Translations under genes and position numbers: made by a program
Part shown: positions 14,566 to 26,820 of the stretch, piece by piece
Position numbering within the stretch: position 1 is the stretch's first letter
Layout of the letters: each line of letters opens with the position of its first letter
Notes under the pieces: model-generated
Told to the model about the DNA's origin: nothing
The model's input: only the letters and a program-made list of their open reading frames with translations
Database searches by the model: none
DNA from: Octopus vulgaris
Lineage: Eukaryota
Direction: 5' to 3'
NCBI GenBank assembly: GCA_951406725.2
Contig: OX597826.1
Location: 29,326,001 to 29,390,000, forward strand
Length of the DNA stretch: 64,000 nucleotides

Positions 14566-15765
14566 TGTCATTTATATATGTACATATGTTTGACTGGTTT
14601 CTTTCCATTTCCATTCTTAAATCAACTTATGAGGCCTTAGTTGCCCCAAGTCTATAAAAGAAGACATCTATTCAAAGTGTTGCACAGTGGGACTGAACCT
14701 GAGGTGATGTAGATAGGAAGCAAGCTTCTTAATCACACACCCATGCCTGATACGTACATATATATTCTTTTACTTGTTTCAGTCATTTGATTCCAGCCAT
14801 GCTGGAGCAGCGCCTTTAGTCAAACAAATCGACCCCAAGACTTATTCTGTCAGCCTCTTTTGCTGAACTGCTAAGTTACTGAGATGTAAACACACCAACA
14901 TTGGTTGTCAAGCGATGGTGGTGAGGACAAACACAGACACACAAATACATGTGCGTGTATATCATATATATATATATACAACAAGCTTCTTTCAGTTTCC
15001 GTCTGTGAAATCACTCACAAAGCTTTGGTTGGCCTAAGGCTACAGTAGAAGACACTTACACAAGGTGCCACACAGTGGGACTGAACCCACAACCATGTGA
15101 ATGGGAATCAAGCTTCTTACCACAGTCACTCCTATAGTTATGTTATACTCTGTTAAGAACATAGTAGAATACAGTATAAAGCTCGTCCACCTTCAGATTT
15201 CTCCTGGTGCTATCCAGTAGTAGTATTATATGTTCTGCCAGATTTGCATTGTGGCTTCTGTACAACCACAACATATTTCTTGATATACTCAGTGGTTGGT
15301 ACTACCTCGCAGGCCACAACAGACAGATAGGATGCACTTGAAGCCGAGGATTTGAGTTTATGGAAACGATATTTATATATCACCTGAGGAAACACAACTA
15401 GATCTCATAATGCGAGGAAACAGTTACATAACCAAATACCTGCAAGCCTAGACAATTATGTTGCATGGAAACAATTGTAGTAATTACAAATAAATCTCGA
15501 ACTATTCTCCTTCTTGTTGACACCAACTAATTCAGTTATCATCATCATCGTTTAACGTCCGCTTTCCGCGCTAGCACGGGTTGGACGGTTTGACCGGGTC
15601 TGGGAAGCCAGGGGCCGCTCCAGGCTCCAGTCTGAATCTGGCAGAGTTTCTACGGCTGGATGCCCTTCCTAACGCCAACCACTCCGTGAGTGGATTGGGT
15701 GCTTTTTACGTGCCACCTGCACAGGGGCCGGAGGGTCCGGCATCGTCACGATCGGTTCGAGCATT

Positions 15766-17691
15766 TTAACGTGTCAGCGGCACGGGGGCAACGAGGTCCG
15801 GGGTACTTTGGGGATCCAGGGTACTTTGGGGATCCGGGGTACTTTGGGGATCCGGGGTACTTAGAATGGGTAGGGGGTATGTGGAATTGCTGCAGAAAGC
15901 AGCCCGGGTCTTTGTAGTCACAGCATATCTCCAGAGATCTCGGTCCTTCGCCATTGCCTCAGTGAGGCCCAATGCTCTGAGGTCATGCTTGACCACCTCA
16001 TCCCATGTCTTCCTGGGTCTACCTCTCCCCCTGATACCTTCAACTGTTTGGGAGTGGCACTTCTTCACACATCTCTCTTCATCCATCCGCAGCACATGAC
16101 CATACCATCGCAAGCGTCGCTCTTGCACACCACATCTGATGCTTCTTATATCCAGCATTTCTCTCAGGATACTTACACTCTGTTTTACGTGCACACTGAC
16201 ACTACACATCCAGCGGATCATGCTAGCTTCATTTCTTTCAAGTCTACGCATGTCTTCTGCAGTCACAGCCCATGTTTCATTACCGTGAAGCATGGCAGTT
16301 CGCACACATGCATCATACAATCTACCTTTTGCTCTGAGGGAGAGGCCTTTTGTTGCCAGTAGGGGTAGGAGCTTTCTGAACTTTGCCCAGGCTATTCGTA
16401 TTCTAGTGGTGATACTCTCTGTGCATCCACCTCCGCTACTAACTTGGTCTCCCAGGTAGCGGAAACTATCAACTACTTCTAGTTTCTCTCCCTGGAGTGT
16501 GATGGAATCTGTTTTCTGAGTGTCTGTTGTGTCTATTGTCCCTGTGCATCTGCCGCACATGAAAGCTATCTTATCTGTTAATTTCCCTTTAATGTTGCTG
16601 CACCTCTTATGTGTCCATAACTTACATTGGGTGCATCTTATGGAGTTTCTACCTGTACCTTTCCTACAGGTTGAGCAGGGCCACCTACCCGAGGGGATGT
16701 GTGTTGAGTACCTCTTGCTGCTTACTAATACTTTGGTCTTTGCTACATTTATTCTAAGGCCCTTTGATTCCAACCCTTGCTTCCATACCCGAAATTTCTC
16801 TTCTAGTTCCGGTAGTGATTCTGCTATGAGAGCTAGGTCATCGGCATAGAGGAGCTCCCAGGGGCATCCCGTTTTGAATTCCTCTGTTATTGCTTGAAGG
16901 ACTATGATGAACAAAAGGGGACTGAGGGCTGAGCCCTGGTGCACACCTACTTCTACTCGGAATTCTTCACTATATTCGTTGCCAATCCTAACCTTGCTAA
17001 CAGCCTCTCTGTATAGAGCCTGTACAGCCCTTATTAGCCATTCTTCAATCTCCAGTTTCCGCATCGACCACCAGATAAGGGAACGGGGAACCCTGTCAAA
17101 GGCTTTCTCCAAGTCTACAAAAGCTATGTAGAGGGGTTTATCTTTAGCTAGGTACTTCTCCTGCAGTTGTCGGACCAGGAATATAGCATCAGTGGTGCTT
17201 CTACCTGGTACAAAACCGAACTGCATTTCATCTAAACAAATTCTCTCCCTAATGAGATTGGTTATGACCTTCTCTGAGACCTTCATCACCTGGTCCAACA
17301 GTTTGATACCTCTGTAGTTATTTCTATCTAGAGCATCACCCTTACCCTTGTAGCAGTTGACTATGGTACTGCTGCACCAGTCATTGGGTATGGCTCCATT
17401 GTGAACTACCTGGTTTACAATGCGGGTGACTATGGCATGGCCCACATAGCCAGCTGTTTTAAGCATCTCAGCAGTGATTCCTGATAGGCCAGGGGCTTTG
17501 CCTGGTTTCATATCCTTAATTGCCTTATCTACAAGGGAGCTGTCTATTCGGGTAGCTGGTCCCTCTACTGGGTCAACATTTGGCAGGCTCTCCTCCTCCC
17601 ATTCATTCTCCTCATTTAGCAGTCTTTCATAATGGCTTCTCCAAGCCTCTTTCTTTTCACTAGTAGTAAAAGCAAGTGCCCCATCATCCAT
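15766..17691 (-). CDS. LINE reverse transcriptase ORF (641 aa) with embedded C4HC3 PHD-like finger
   Basis: RT motifs including YADD; uninterrupted frame; CSTC-x9-CTQC-x4-H-x2-C-x14-CGRC after the RT core. Confidence 0.9.
   Translation of the reverse strand: MDDGALAFTTSEKKEAWRSHYERLLNEENEWEEESLPNVDPVEGPATRIDSSLVDKAIKDMKPGKAPGLSGITAEMLKTAGYVGHAIVTRIVNQVVHNGAIPNDWCSSTIVNCYKGKGDALDRNNYRGIKLLDQVMKVSEKVITNLIRERICLDEMQFGFVPGRSTTDAIFLVRQLQEKYLAKDKPLYIAFVDLEKAFDRVPRSLIWWSMRKLEIEEWLIRAVQALYREAVSKVRIGNEYSEEFRVEVGVHQGSALSPLLFIIVLQAITEEFKTGCPWELLYADDLALIAESLPELEEKFRVWKQGLESKGLRINVAKTKVLVSSKRYSTHIPSGRWPCSTCRKGTGRNSIRCTQCKLWTHKRCSNIKGKLTDKIAFMCGRCTGTIDTTDTQKTDSITLQGEKLEVVDSFRYLGDQVSSGGGCTESITTRIRIAWAKFRKLLPLLATKGLSLRAKGRLYDACVRTAMLHGNETWAVTAEDMRRLERNEASMIRWMCSVSVHVKQSVSILREMLDIRSIRCGVQERRLRWYGHVLRMDEERCVKKCHSQTVEGIRGRGRPRKTWDEVVKHDLRALGLTEAMAKDRDLWRYAVTTKTRAAFCSNSTYPLPILSTPDPQSTPDPQSTLDPQSTPDLVAPVPLTR
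15797..15862. repeat. 18-bp minisatellite (TCCGGGGTACTTTGGGGA) x about 3.7 at the end of the LINE ORF
   Basis: Directly visible; encodes STPDPQ repeats on the minus strand. Confidence 0.9.
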
Positions 17692-18010
17692 GCGGACACA
17701 TTTCTCTCCTATAACATCGCTATTTTCTCTGACACACTGTCTGGCAATCCGAAATACTTCAGCTCTTTGATCCTCGCGACGCTGGACATTGGCAAACTTC
17801 TTCTTTTCTGCTACATCTTTGGCAATGTATACCTGCCGCCCAGCCTCCCTTTTGGCTATCTGGTACAGTTCCCTCGGACACAGACAATGTGTTGTTAGCC
17901 AGCTGGAAGAGATGTTTTTCTGGGGCTATAAACAACAGTAGCATCGTCTTCTATGGGTCCGCCACATTTAGATGTCAAATTTACCTCATGATATATTTGT
18001 GTGTGTATAT

Positions 18011-18050
<40 letters not shown>

Positions 18051-18829
18051 ATGTATGTATGTATGTATGTATACACACACATAGATGTAGAGTAATGGGG
18101 ATTTGAAACCTGGGCAGGTACCTTATTAGGACTGATATAATTCAGATCTCATTAATCACATCAATAGGAAACATACAGAATCATTTAAGATAAACAGCAG
18201 GAGTGGCTGTATGTTAAGTAGCTTGCTTACCAATCACATGGTCCCACCTTGGGTAAGTGTCTTCTACTACAGCCTTGGGCCGACCAAAGCCTTGTGAGTG
18301 GATTTGGTAGACAGAAACTGGAAGACGCCTGTTGTATATGTATATATATGTATGTGTGTGTCTGTGTTTACCCCCCAAATATTGCTTGACAACTGATGTT
18401 GGTGTGTTTACATCTCCGTAACTTAGTGGTTCAGCAAAAGAGAGCGATAGAATAAGTACTAGGCTTACAAAGAATAAGCTCTGGGGTCGATTTGCTTGAC
18501 TGAAGGCAGTTCTCCAGCATGGCCGCAGTCAAATGACTGAAACAGGTAAAAGAGAATACTTCACTCAACAGTTAAATCCTGGGTTTGTTTCATTGGGTTT
18601 CATACAACATACACCGTATATAATCAAAACATTATAAAGAAGACTGGAGAATTATACTCCTTCAAAATTCATTGATTACAGTATTATTTTCATTAAATTC
18701 CAATCCAGTATGAGTTTCTGCATGTCAGAGTGGAATTTAATGAGAATGATAGCATAATAAACAACTTTCAAGATGTATAAATTCTCCATTCTTCTTTATG
18801 AGACCTTGGTTTTACTCTCTCTCTCTATC

Positions 18830-19100
18830 ATCACTTTTACATCTGGTTTTTCGTAACTTGCATGAATAGGATTGGTCCTTTCCTGCTCAGCGTCCCACCA
18901 CATGCTGGTCCTTTTGTCATTTCCATTATGAGGTTCAACTTCCTGGGTTGCAGTGGTTTGCCACTTTTGGTCCATGGTTTCCTTGATGGTCCTCTTTCAT
19001 GCTCTCCTTCCACTTGAATCTTCTGGTACTTCATTTACCATCTCTTATCATCCATATACATTGAATATCTGTATCAATGCAGTCTTCATTCTGTAACTTC
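18830..19100 (-). mobile_element. Old RTE-like LINE 3' fragment (different subfamily)
   Basis: Decayed VEGEHERGPSRKPW, resembling the VEG-RGRGRPRKTW motif. Confidence 0.55.
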
Positions 19101-19134
19101 TAACAATTACTGAATTTATATATACATACATATA

Positions 19135-20328
19135 ACATAAATACAGTTATTATACGGGTGCGCTGAAAGTGTAGCTGCTAGAATAAGAATAGCTTGGGCA
19201 AAGTTCAGAGAGCTCTTACCTCTGCTAGTGACAAAGGGCCTCTTACTCAGAGTAAAAGGTAGACTGTATGACGCTTGTGTATGAACAGCCATGCTACATG
19301 GCAGTGAAACATGGGCTGTGACTGCTGAGGACATGCGTAAGCTTGTAAGGAATGAAACCAGTTTGATCCGATGGATGTATAATGTCAGTGTGCATACTCG
19401 ACAGTGTAAGTACCTTGAGAGAAAAGTTGGACCTAAGAAGCATCAAATGTGGTGTGCAAGAGAGATGACTGCGCTGGTATGGTCATGTGGTGAGAATGGA
19501 TGAGGATAGCTGTGTGAAAAAGTGCCACACCCCAGCAGTCGAGGGAACCTGTGAAAGAAGTAGATCCAGGAAGACCTGGGATGAAGTGGTGAAGCATGAC
19601 CTTCGAACATTAGGCCTCACCAAGGAAATGACTAGCGACTGAGACTTTTGGAAATATGCTGTGCCAAATGAGACCATAACCTGTGGCCTATGCCAGGAGC
19701 ATAACCAGCCCGCTTATGCGTACCTTTACCTTCTTTGGACACTAAACTCTGCTTGCGAAGACCTATTGAGGCAAGTGTGATCAAAATCAAATTCGATTAC
19801 TGGCATCCATGCTAGCAGGGTGCAAAGAGCACCATACGAGTGTGATCGTTGACAGAGCGGCCAACCGGCTTCCATGCCAGTGGCACATAAAAGGCACTAT
19901 TTGAGTCTCATCATTACCAGCATTGCCTTACTGGCACTTGTACCCGTGCTAGTAGGGTGCCAAGAGCACCATCCGAGCGTGATCATTGCCAGAGCAGGCA
20001 ACTGGCTTCCGTGCTGGTGGCACGTAAAAGGGTACCATTCAAGCGTGATCGTTACCAACGTCACCTTACTGGCACCTGTGCCGGTGGCATGTGTAAAATG
20101 ATTCTAGCGAGATCATTGCTAGTACCGCCTGACTGGCCCTCGTGCCAGTGGCACATAAAAAGCACCCACTACATTCCCGTACTTGTTGGTGTTAGGAAGG
20201 GCACCCAGCTGTAGAAACTCTGCCAGATCAAGATTGGAGCCTGGTGCAGCCATCTGGTTCACCAGCCCTCAGTCAAAATCGTCCAACCCATGCTAGCATG
20301 GAAAACGGACGTTAAACGATGATGATTG
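19135..20328 (+). mobile_element. Degenerate RTE LINE 3' portion with tandemly repeated 3' UTR modules and (GAT)n tail
   Basis: MLHGSETWAVTAEDMRKL homologous to the 15.8-17.7 kb ORF but frameshifted; about 60-bp UTR units repeated at 19790-20170. Confidence 0.9.
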
Positions 20329-21368
20329 ATATATATATATATATATATATATATATTGCATTTCTAAATCTCTTAGAGAGATTTATACAGTAGCATCATG
20401 ATAAGGTGATGTTATGTTGCCAACTTAATGTGGCAGTCCCATGAAAAGGAGGAATGCTACTGCTATTTAGCCCTAGGAAACACCGTTTCTAGTTGGCCAG
20501 GGCATATTTTCTGTGTCATTCATATATATATGTATATATATATAAAATAATGTACGTATTATAATGTAACAAACGAAGAAAAAGATTCCTTCAATGGGGT
20601 TTAAAACATCCAATTAACTGGTACGTCAGTTAAATACAACAGAAATAGGAGTATAAATACAAATTAGAAACAAATTAGATAGAGGAATAGAATTGACAAT
20701 CTAACAATTTATTTTATATTATATTATGATATAAATAAATTGTTATATATGTGTGTGTGGCTCATCATCACCAATGCCATCTCAATTATTTGCTTTGGTT
20801 CTCAAAAGAGTAGAATAAATACCAGCCTTTAAAATATGTACTGATGTATGCATCCATTTGTGTGTCTCCTTGTCTTCACATTGTGACAGTTGTAAACCAG
20901 TGTCACCATCATATAAGTGGTGCGATTTTATTTCCAGTCTTCCATGAAAAACATGTCTGGCTATAGGGAAACGGGACTTGCTTGGAAATGAGGGTTGGTG
21001 ACAGGAAGGGCATGCAGTCATAGAAAATGTGCATTCAGTGAAGTTTGTCTGACCTGTGCAACCATGCATAAGTAGACATTACAATGATACTGATAATATA
21101 CATACATATACACACACACACATATGCAGGTATGTATATTGTTATAAAATGAGGAATATCCAAAGATGAATATTTCTTCCAAGTGCCAGTGAAGAATGCA
21201 AGGAACCAATACTAGATATACCCCACCACTGTATACCACACTTCACCATTCCACAGCAGAGAATGGTAATTCCTGCAACAGGAGACACAATGTAAACAAC
21301 GCAGTAACAATCGGACGGTCGTGGGTTTTTTTGTTTTTTTTCACTTTGGCTGCAACTGTTGTTTAACA

Positions 21369-21872
21369 ATTGCACATGTGCAATCATGTGACCTTGATTC
21401 TGGCTAATCAATGACCTTCACCCTTGGGAAACCATATGGTGAAAGAAAGATTCCCTTCCCTGCTCCGTTTGAGCATTGTTTGGTTGGTTGGTTGGTCGAT
21501 GGTGGTGGGTGAATGGATGGATGGAATATTTTTTGGGGATCTTGTTTTCTCCCCCCCCCCTCTCACTTGCAGCTAAGCTGAAAAACTAGGGGCACACAGT
21601 CAAGGACAGCCAGAAATTATCACACACACACACATGGTATAGGAGTGTTTATACACATACACATTTGCTGGTCACTGCCTTCTCTTGCTGTTAAAATAAC
21701 TAGGGGTTGCATACCATTCCAAAGGGAGAAACAGCAGTGGTGGTGGTGTTGAATAGAATAAGGTGGGTCACCTGATACTAGGTCAAAGGTAATTTTTTTA
21801 ATATGTTCTTATATGACTTGACCTAAGTTGACCTTTGACCTCTTTGTTTTTTTGTACTGTACTATGACCTAG
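21369..21872. promoter_or_regulatory. Candidate enhancer: cluster of nuclear-receptor AGGTCA half-sites
   Basis: Seven perfect AGGTCA/TGACCT sites including a DR4+DR1 triplet at 21819-21841 and TGACCTTGA at 21389-21397. Confidence 0.45.
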
Positions 21873-22959
21873 AATACCACCATCCCCTGTTACTGATAGC
21901 ATCATTATAACAATGACCATTGCCACCACAGTACTTCTACTACCACCACTCCCCTTGTTGCTTCGATCCCACCATCAACATCATTAACACTGTTATTGCT
22001 GCTACTACAACTACTACCATTATAATCATCATCATGGTCGTCACTCCTGCTGCTGCTGCCACCATCCCTGTCCTCATCATTACCTCCATCCCAGTTGCTA
22101 CTGTTACTGGCATCATCTTCATCATCATTATCATTCACAGTACAACTGAACAACCACCACCACCATCATCATCATCATCTTTTTTTGTGGCAGTTATCAG
22201 ACTTGGAACTGTTCTTTCTGCTGTTCCACTACATACCTTCGTGTATTGGACTGTTTCCAGTATTTGGACACTCAGGTGTGGTGGTCATGGTTTTGACACT
22301 GATTGTTGTTGTTGTGGTTTATAATAGTTGAAGTGGTGGTGGTCGTGGCTTTTGATGTGACAGTTGTTTTAGTTATACTGTAGTGATAGTTGTAGTTGTG
22401 GTGGTAGTAGCAGCAGTAGCAGTGGTGGTGGTTGCTACTGTAGTTGTGATTATCATTAATGAAACTGTTAGAAATGTCATTAGTAGTAGTAGTAGTAGTA
22501 GTAGTCGGTGGTGGCGGTTGTAATTCTGTAGACTTTTTCCTGTACCCCCCACCACCACCTTCCCCTACACTTCAACATTCTCCCATCACCTGGTCCTTAC
22601 TTGGAACCTTAACAGGATTCTGTTATACTGCAAGTATTTGAGCCTAAGTCTGTGGCTAGCTTAACCCCTCACCCCTCCCCTTTCAGGCACTGATAAGGGG
22701 CACAGCCAATGGCATTGCCCTTTCTCTCTTTGACTCATTAACAAAAAAGTAATTACGTTGTTTAGTTGTTTACACAGTTGTTTTGTTAGATTCCTTATGT
22801 GAAATCCTGGGCCGGAACATTGTCATAAAAAGTAATTAAAACCTTGTAACTGCATTGGTAGTATCATTGTTTAAAGTTAGGGGTTATTAGAATAGTTAAA
22901 TGTAGTAGTAGTAGTAGGTGGTGGTGGTGGTAGTAGTAAAATGTAATAATAAAAATTAT

Positions 22960-24424
22960 AATTATGGTTTCAGGTTTTGGCACCATGCCACATGTTTTCC
23001 AAGGAGTGCGTTGACCCCAGTACTTGACTGATATTTTTTTTTTTTTTCGAAAGAATGTGTGGCAAAGTTTACCTTGGTGAAATTTGAACTCAAGAACGTA
23101 AAGACAAAAGAAATGCTGTGAAGCATTTTCAAGATTTAACAGAATCCAGCCTGAAATTTTTAGGGGAGTGGGGGTAACTTGATTATTCACCCCCTCCCCA
23201 GTCATCAACTGATATTTATTTTCTTGACCCTGAATGGTTGGACAGCAAAGTCGACCCCGGAAGCATTTGGACTCAAAATGTATAACTGGAAGAGACACCA
23301 CTAAGCATTTCATACAGTGTGCTAAAAGTACCAGTTATGCATTGGGGTTGATGTAATCGACTCAATCCCTTTGTTTGGCCCCTTGTGGGAAATAAAGAAA
23401 TAAATAATAATGGTTTCAAATATTGCCACAAGAACAGCCATTTTTTGATGGGGGGGTGGGTGCTGTATCATTTACATCAACTGGTACTCAGAGTATTGAC
23501 CCTGAAAGGATAAAAGGCAAAGTTGATCTGGGTGGAATTTGATCTCAGAACGTAAAGGTGGACAAAATGCCAAGAAAGCATTTTGTCGGGCATTTTAACA
23601 ATTCTGTCAGTTTGCCAAGTAATGATAATAATAACAACAACAATAACAATAGTAATGATAATGATAATAATAATAATAGTTATAATAATAATGATAATAG
23701 TGATAATAATAACAGTAGTAATAATAATAATGATAATAACAATAGTAATTATAATAATAATAATAATAATAGTAACAATAATAACAACAGCAATTATAAT
23801 AGTAATCCTTTCTTCTATAGACACAAGGCCTGAAATCTTAGGGGAGGGTTAAGCCAATTACACTGAACCCCAAAATGGGCAAAATGCTTGGCAACATTTT
23901 GCCAGCTCAATACATCATGATCGTCATTTAACGTCCCATTGTCTATGCTGGCATGGGTTGGATGGTTTGACTGGGCTGGCACGCTGGAAGGCTGCACCAG
24001 ACTCCTGTCTGATTTGGCATGATTTTTCTATGGCTGGATGCCCTTCCTAATGCCAACCACTCTGAGAGTGTAATGGGTGCTTTTACATGTCATTTGCCAC
24101 GACTGCAATTTTGCTCGGTTTCATGGGTCATCATCTTAAGTACAACATAATGCCAAAGGTCTTGATCATTGCTTCCGTGAGGCCCAACACTCGAAAGGCA
24201 CAAGGCCTCAAATTGTGTGTGGTGGTGGTGGGGGGGGTAGGTGATAGTTGATTGCATTGACCCCAGTGCGTAACTGGTACTTATTCCATCAGCCCCTCCC
24301 CCCTTCCCGAAAGGATAAACAGCGAAGTCAACCTCAGTGGAATTTGAACTTAGAATGTGCAAACCGATGAAATTCCACAAAACATTTTCTCCTGGAGTGC
24401 TAATGAGTCAGCCAGCTGGTCACC

Positions 24425-24458
<34 letters not shown>

Positions 24459-24460
24459 TA
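22960..24460 (-). mobile_element. Cluster of family-A SINEs with (AAT)n expansion and a nested RTE 3' tail
   Basis: Same family-A unit in several partial copies; RTE tail at about 23915-24195. Confidence 0.75.
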
Positions 24461-24939
24461 GTTGCAATTTGTTGCATAATATTGTATTGACAGATGTGGT
24501 AATTTAACAACAACAATAGCAGTAGTGGTAGTTGTATTTTGGTTTTATTGTAAATTCCTAATTAACACACACACACACAGTTGTTTCAATCAATAAATGT
24601 TATTGATACAGATTCTTTCTTGTTTTGTATATTTTTGTTTTGTCTAAATATAGATCTGTAGTTTAATTTTATTTTCCTTGGGGCTGGGATTGGAGGTGAT
24701 AATACAATAGAGTTTTACTGAGTGACTGGTAAATGAAATGTAGCTTTGTTTAGAGGTTACCAAAGTTTTAATTGTCATCATCATCTTAGAAGCAAGTGTG
24801 GTTGTGTGATAAGAAGCTTGCTTCCCACCCACATGGTTCTGGGTTCAGTCCCACTTCATGGCACTTTGAGCAAGTGTCTTCCATTGTAGCCTTTCCGATA
24901 ATCCCCAAACAGGGAGAACCATTACCACTTTGAATAAAC

Positions 24940-26010
24940 TGCTTAGTGGCTTCTCATCAGGTACTTTACATTCTGAGTTCAAATTCCATTGTGGTTGACT
25001 TTGTGGGGGGTGTCAATAAAATAAATTCCAGTCAAGCACTGGGATCAATGTAACTGACTTGACCCCTGCCCCCAAATTTCAGATCTTGTGCCTATAATAG
25101 AATGGAATTGTTATTATTATCATTATTATTATTCACTAAGATAGTGAGCTGATTGGATAAAATATTTAGTGGTATTTCCTTTTGCTCTTTATGTTCATAG
25201 TTCAAATCCTGCTGAGGTCAACTTTACTTGTCATCCTTTTGGGGTTGATAAAATACAGTACCAGTCAAATACTAGGGTTGATGTAATTGACTAATTCCCA
25301 CCCTGTCCCTTCAAAATGGCTGGCCTTTTGCCAAAATTTGAGACTGCTGTTATTACTACTATTATTATTATTATTAAGGCAGCGAGCTGGCAGAATCGTT
25401 AGCATGCTGGGTGAAATGCTTAGCAGTATTTCGTCTGTCTTTACATTCTGAGGTCAACTTTGCCTTTCATCTTTTCGGGGTCAATTAAATAAGTACCAGT
25501 TACATACTGGGGGTTGATGTGATCAACTTAATCCCCTCCCCCAAGCTGCCCTTGTGCCAAAAACTTGAAATCATTACTGTTATTATTAAGAAGGTAGCGA
25601 GCTGGCAGAATCATTAGCACGCCAGTTGAAATGCTTAGCGGTATTTTCTCTACCCACAACGTTCTGAGTCCAAATTCCACCAAGGTTGACTTTGACTTTC
25701 ATCCTTTTGGAGTTAATAAATTAAGGACCAGTTAAGCCCTGGGATCGATGTAATCGACTTGTACCCTCCCTCAAAATTTCAGGCCTTGTGCCTTTAGTAG
25801 AAAGGATTATTATTATTATTATTATTTATTATTATTAAGGCAGCAAGTTGGCAGAATCATTAGCATGACAGGCAAAATGCTCATCAGTATTTTGTCCATC
25901 ATCACGTTCTGAGTTCAAATTCCACTGAGGTTGACTTTGCCTTTGATCCTTGGGGTTGTTGTAATAGGCTTGCCCCATCCCCCAAAATTGCTGGCCTTGT
26001 GCCAAAGTTT
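24940..26010 (+). mobile_element. Head-to-tail array of about 5 family-A SINEs
   Basis: Units start near 24940, 25138, 25378, 25592 and 25838, separated by (ATT)n. Confidence 0.85.
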
Positions 26011-26820
26011 GAAATCATCTTCGCTATCATCACTGTCATCATCATCATCATCATTATTATTATTATTATTATTCACCTCAGTTTGTTGTTTGAATGCAAT
26101 ACTAGCCATGAAGACATACAGTGAGCAAACAAGTTATGGTTTTAATATTGTTGTACAGATTACACATAGGAGAAACAAGTAGACAGGGCAAAAAAAAAAA
26201 GAAGAAAAAAGTAATCAATCAATAAATACATTTAAGACGTCATCGTCATCACCATTGTTATTATTAGTAATAAATAGTTGTAATGGTAGTAGTAGTAGTA
26301 GTAGTAATTTCAGTAAAAATAGTGTATTGGTAATCAATAAGTGATAATGGTGACTGACTGCCATCGTCAGCTGTAATACCACCACTTCAGTGACTATCAA
26401 TATATCTCAAGGATCGATACCTCCACCAATACCACCACCATCTTTGTTACTACTACAGTGCTGTTACCACACATTGTTCTTACTATCACTTCCACCCACT
26501 GCTGCCTCACCACCTGAACCAATGAGGAAAACTTCTATGTGATTGCTTGACCTGTTGGAAACAACAGCTTGGTTTCCTTTGAATTGCGCTTTAAACTGTC
26601 TTGGAAAGAAGAGAAAAAATGAACATGTATTTAATGATTTAGGTGTAGAGGTGTGGTCGAGAAGCTTGCTGCCTAAGCATGTTTCTTGGTTCCATGGTTC
26701 CAGTCCCACTGTGTTACACCTTGAGCAAGTCTCTTCTGCGATAGCCTTGGGCCAACCAAAGCCTTGTGAGTGCATTTAGTAGATGGAAAGTGAAAGAAGC
26801 CCACCACACACCCACACACA

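Larger units (their letters stand above)
15537..17876 (-). mobile_element. RTE-clade LINE, 5'-truncated (no endonuclease domain), open RT ORF, 3' UTR with (GAT)n tail
   Basis: ORF 15766-17691 (frame continues to about 17875) with KAPG, YRGIKLL, QFGF, FVDLEKAFD, GVHQGSALSP, LLYADD, FRYLG, RLRWYGHV and RGRGRPRKTW motifs; 3' end shared with many short tails in the window. Confidence 0.93.

Noticed and set aside
17877-20517. Large terminal-inverted-repeat element bounded by about 120-bp inverted repeats (17877-17993 / 20396-20517)
   Set aside because: The arms are very diverged, a third copy sits near 54105-54190, and no target-site duplication is visible. More likely independent copies of a dispersed repeat.
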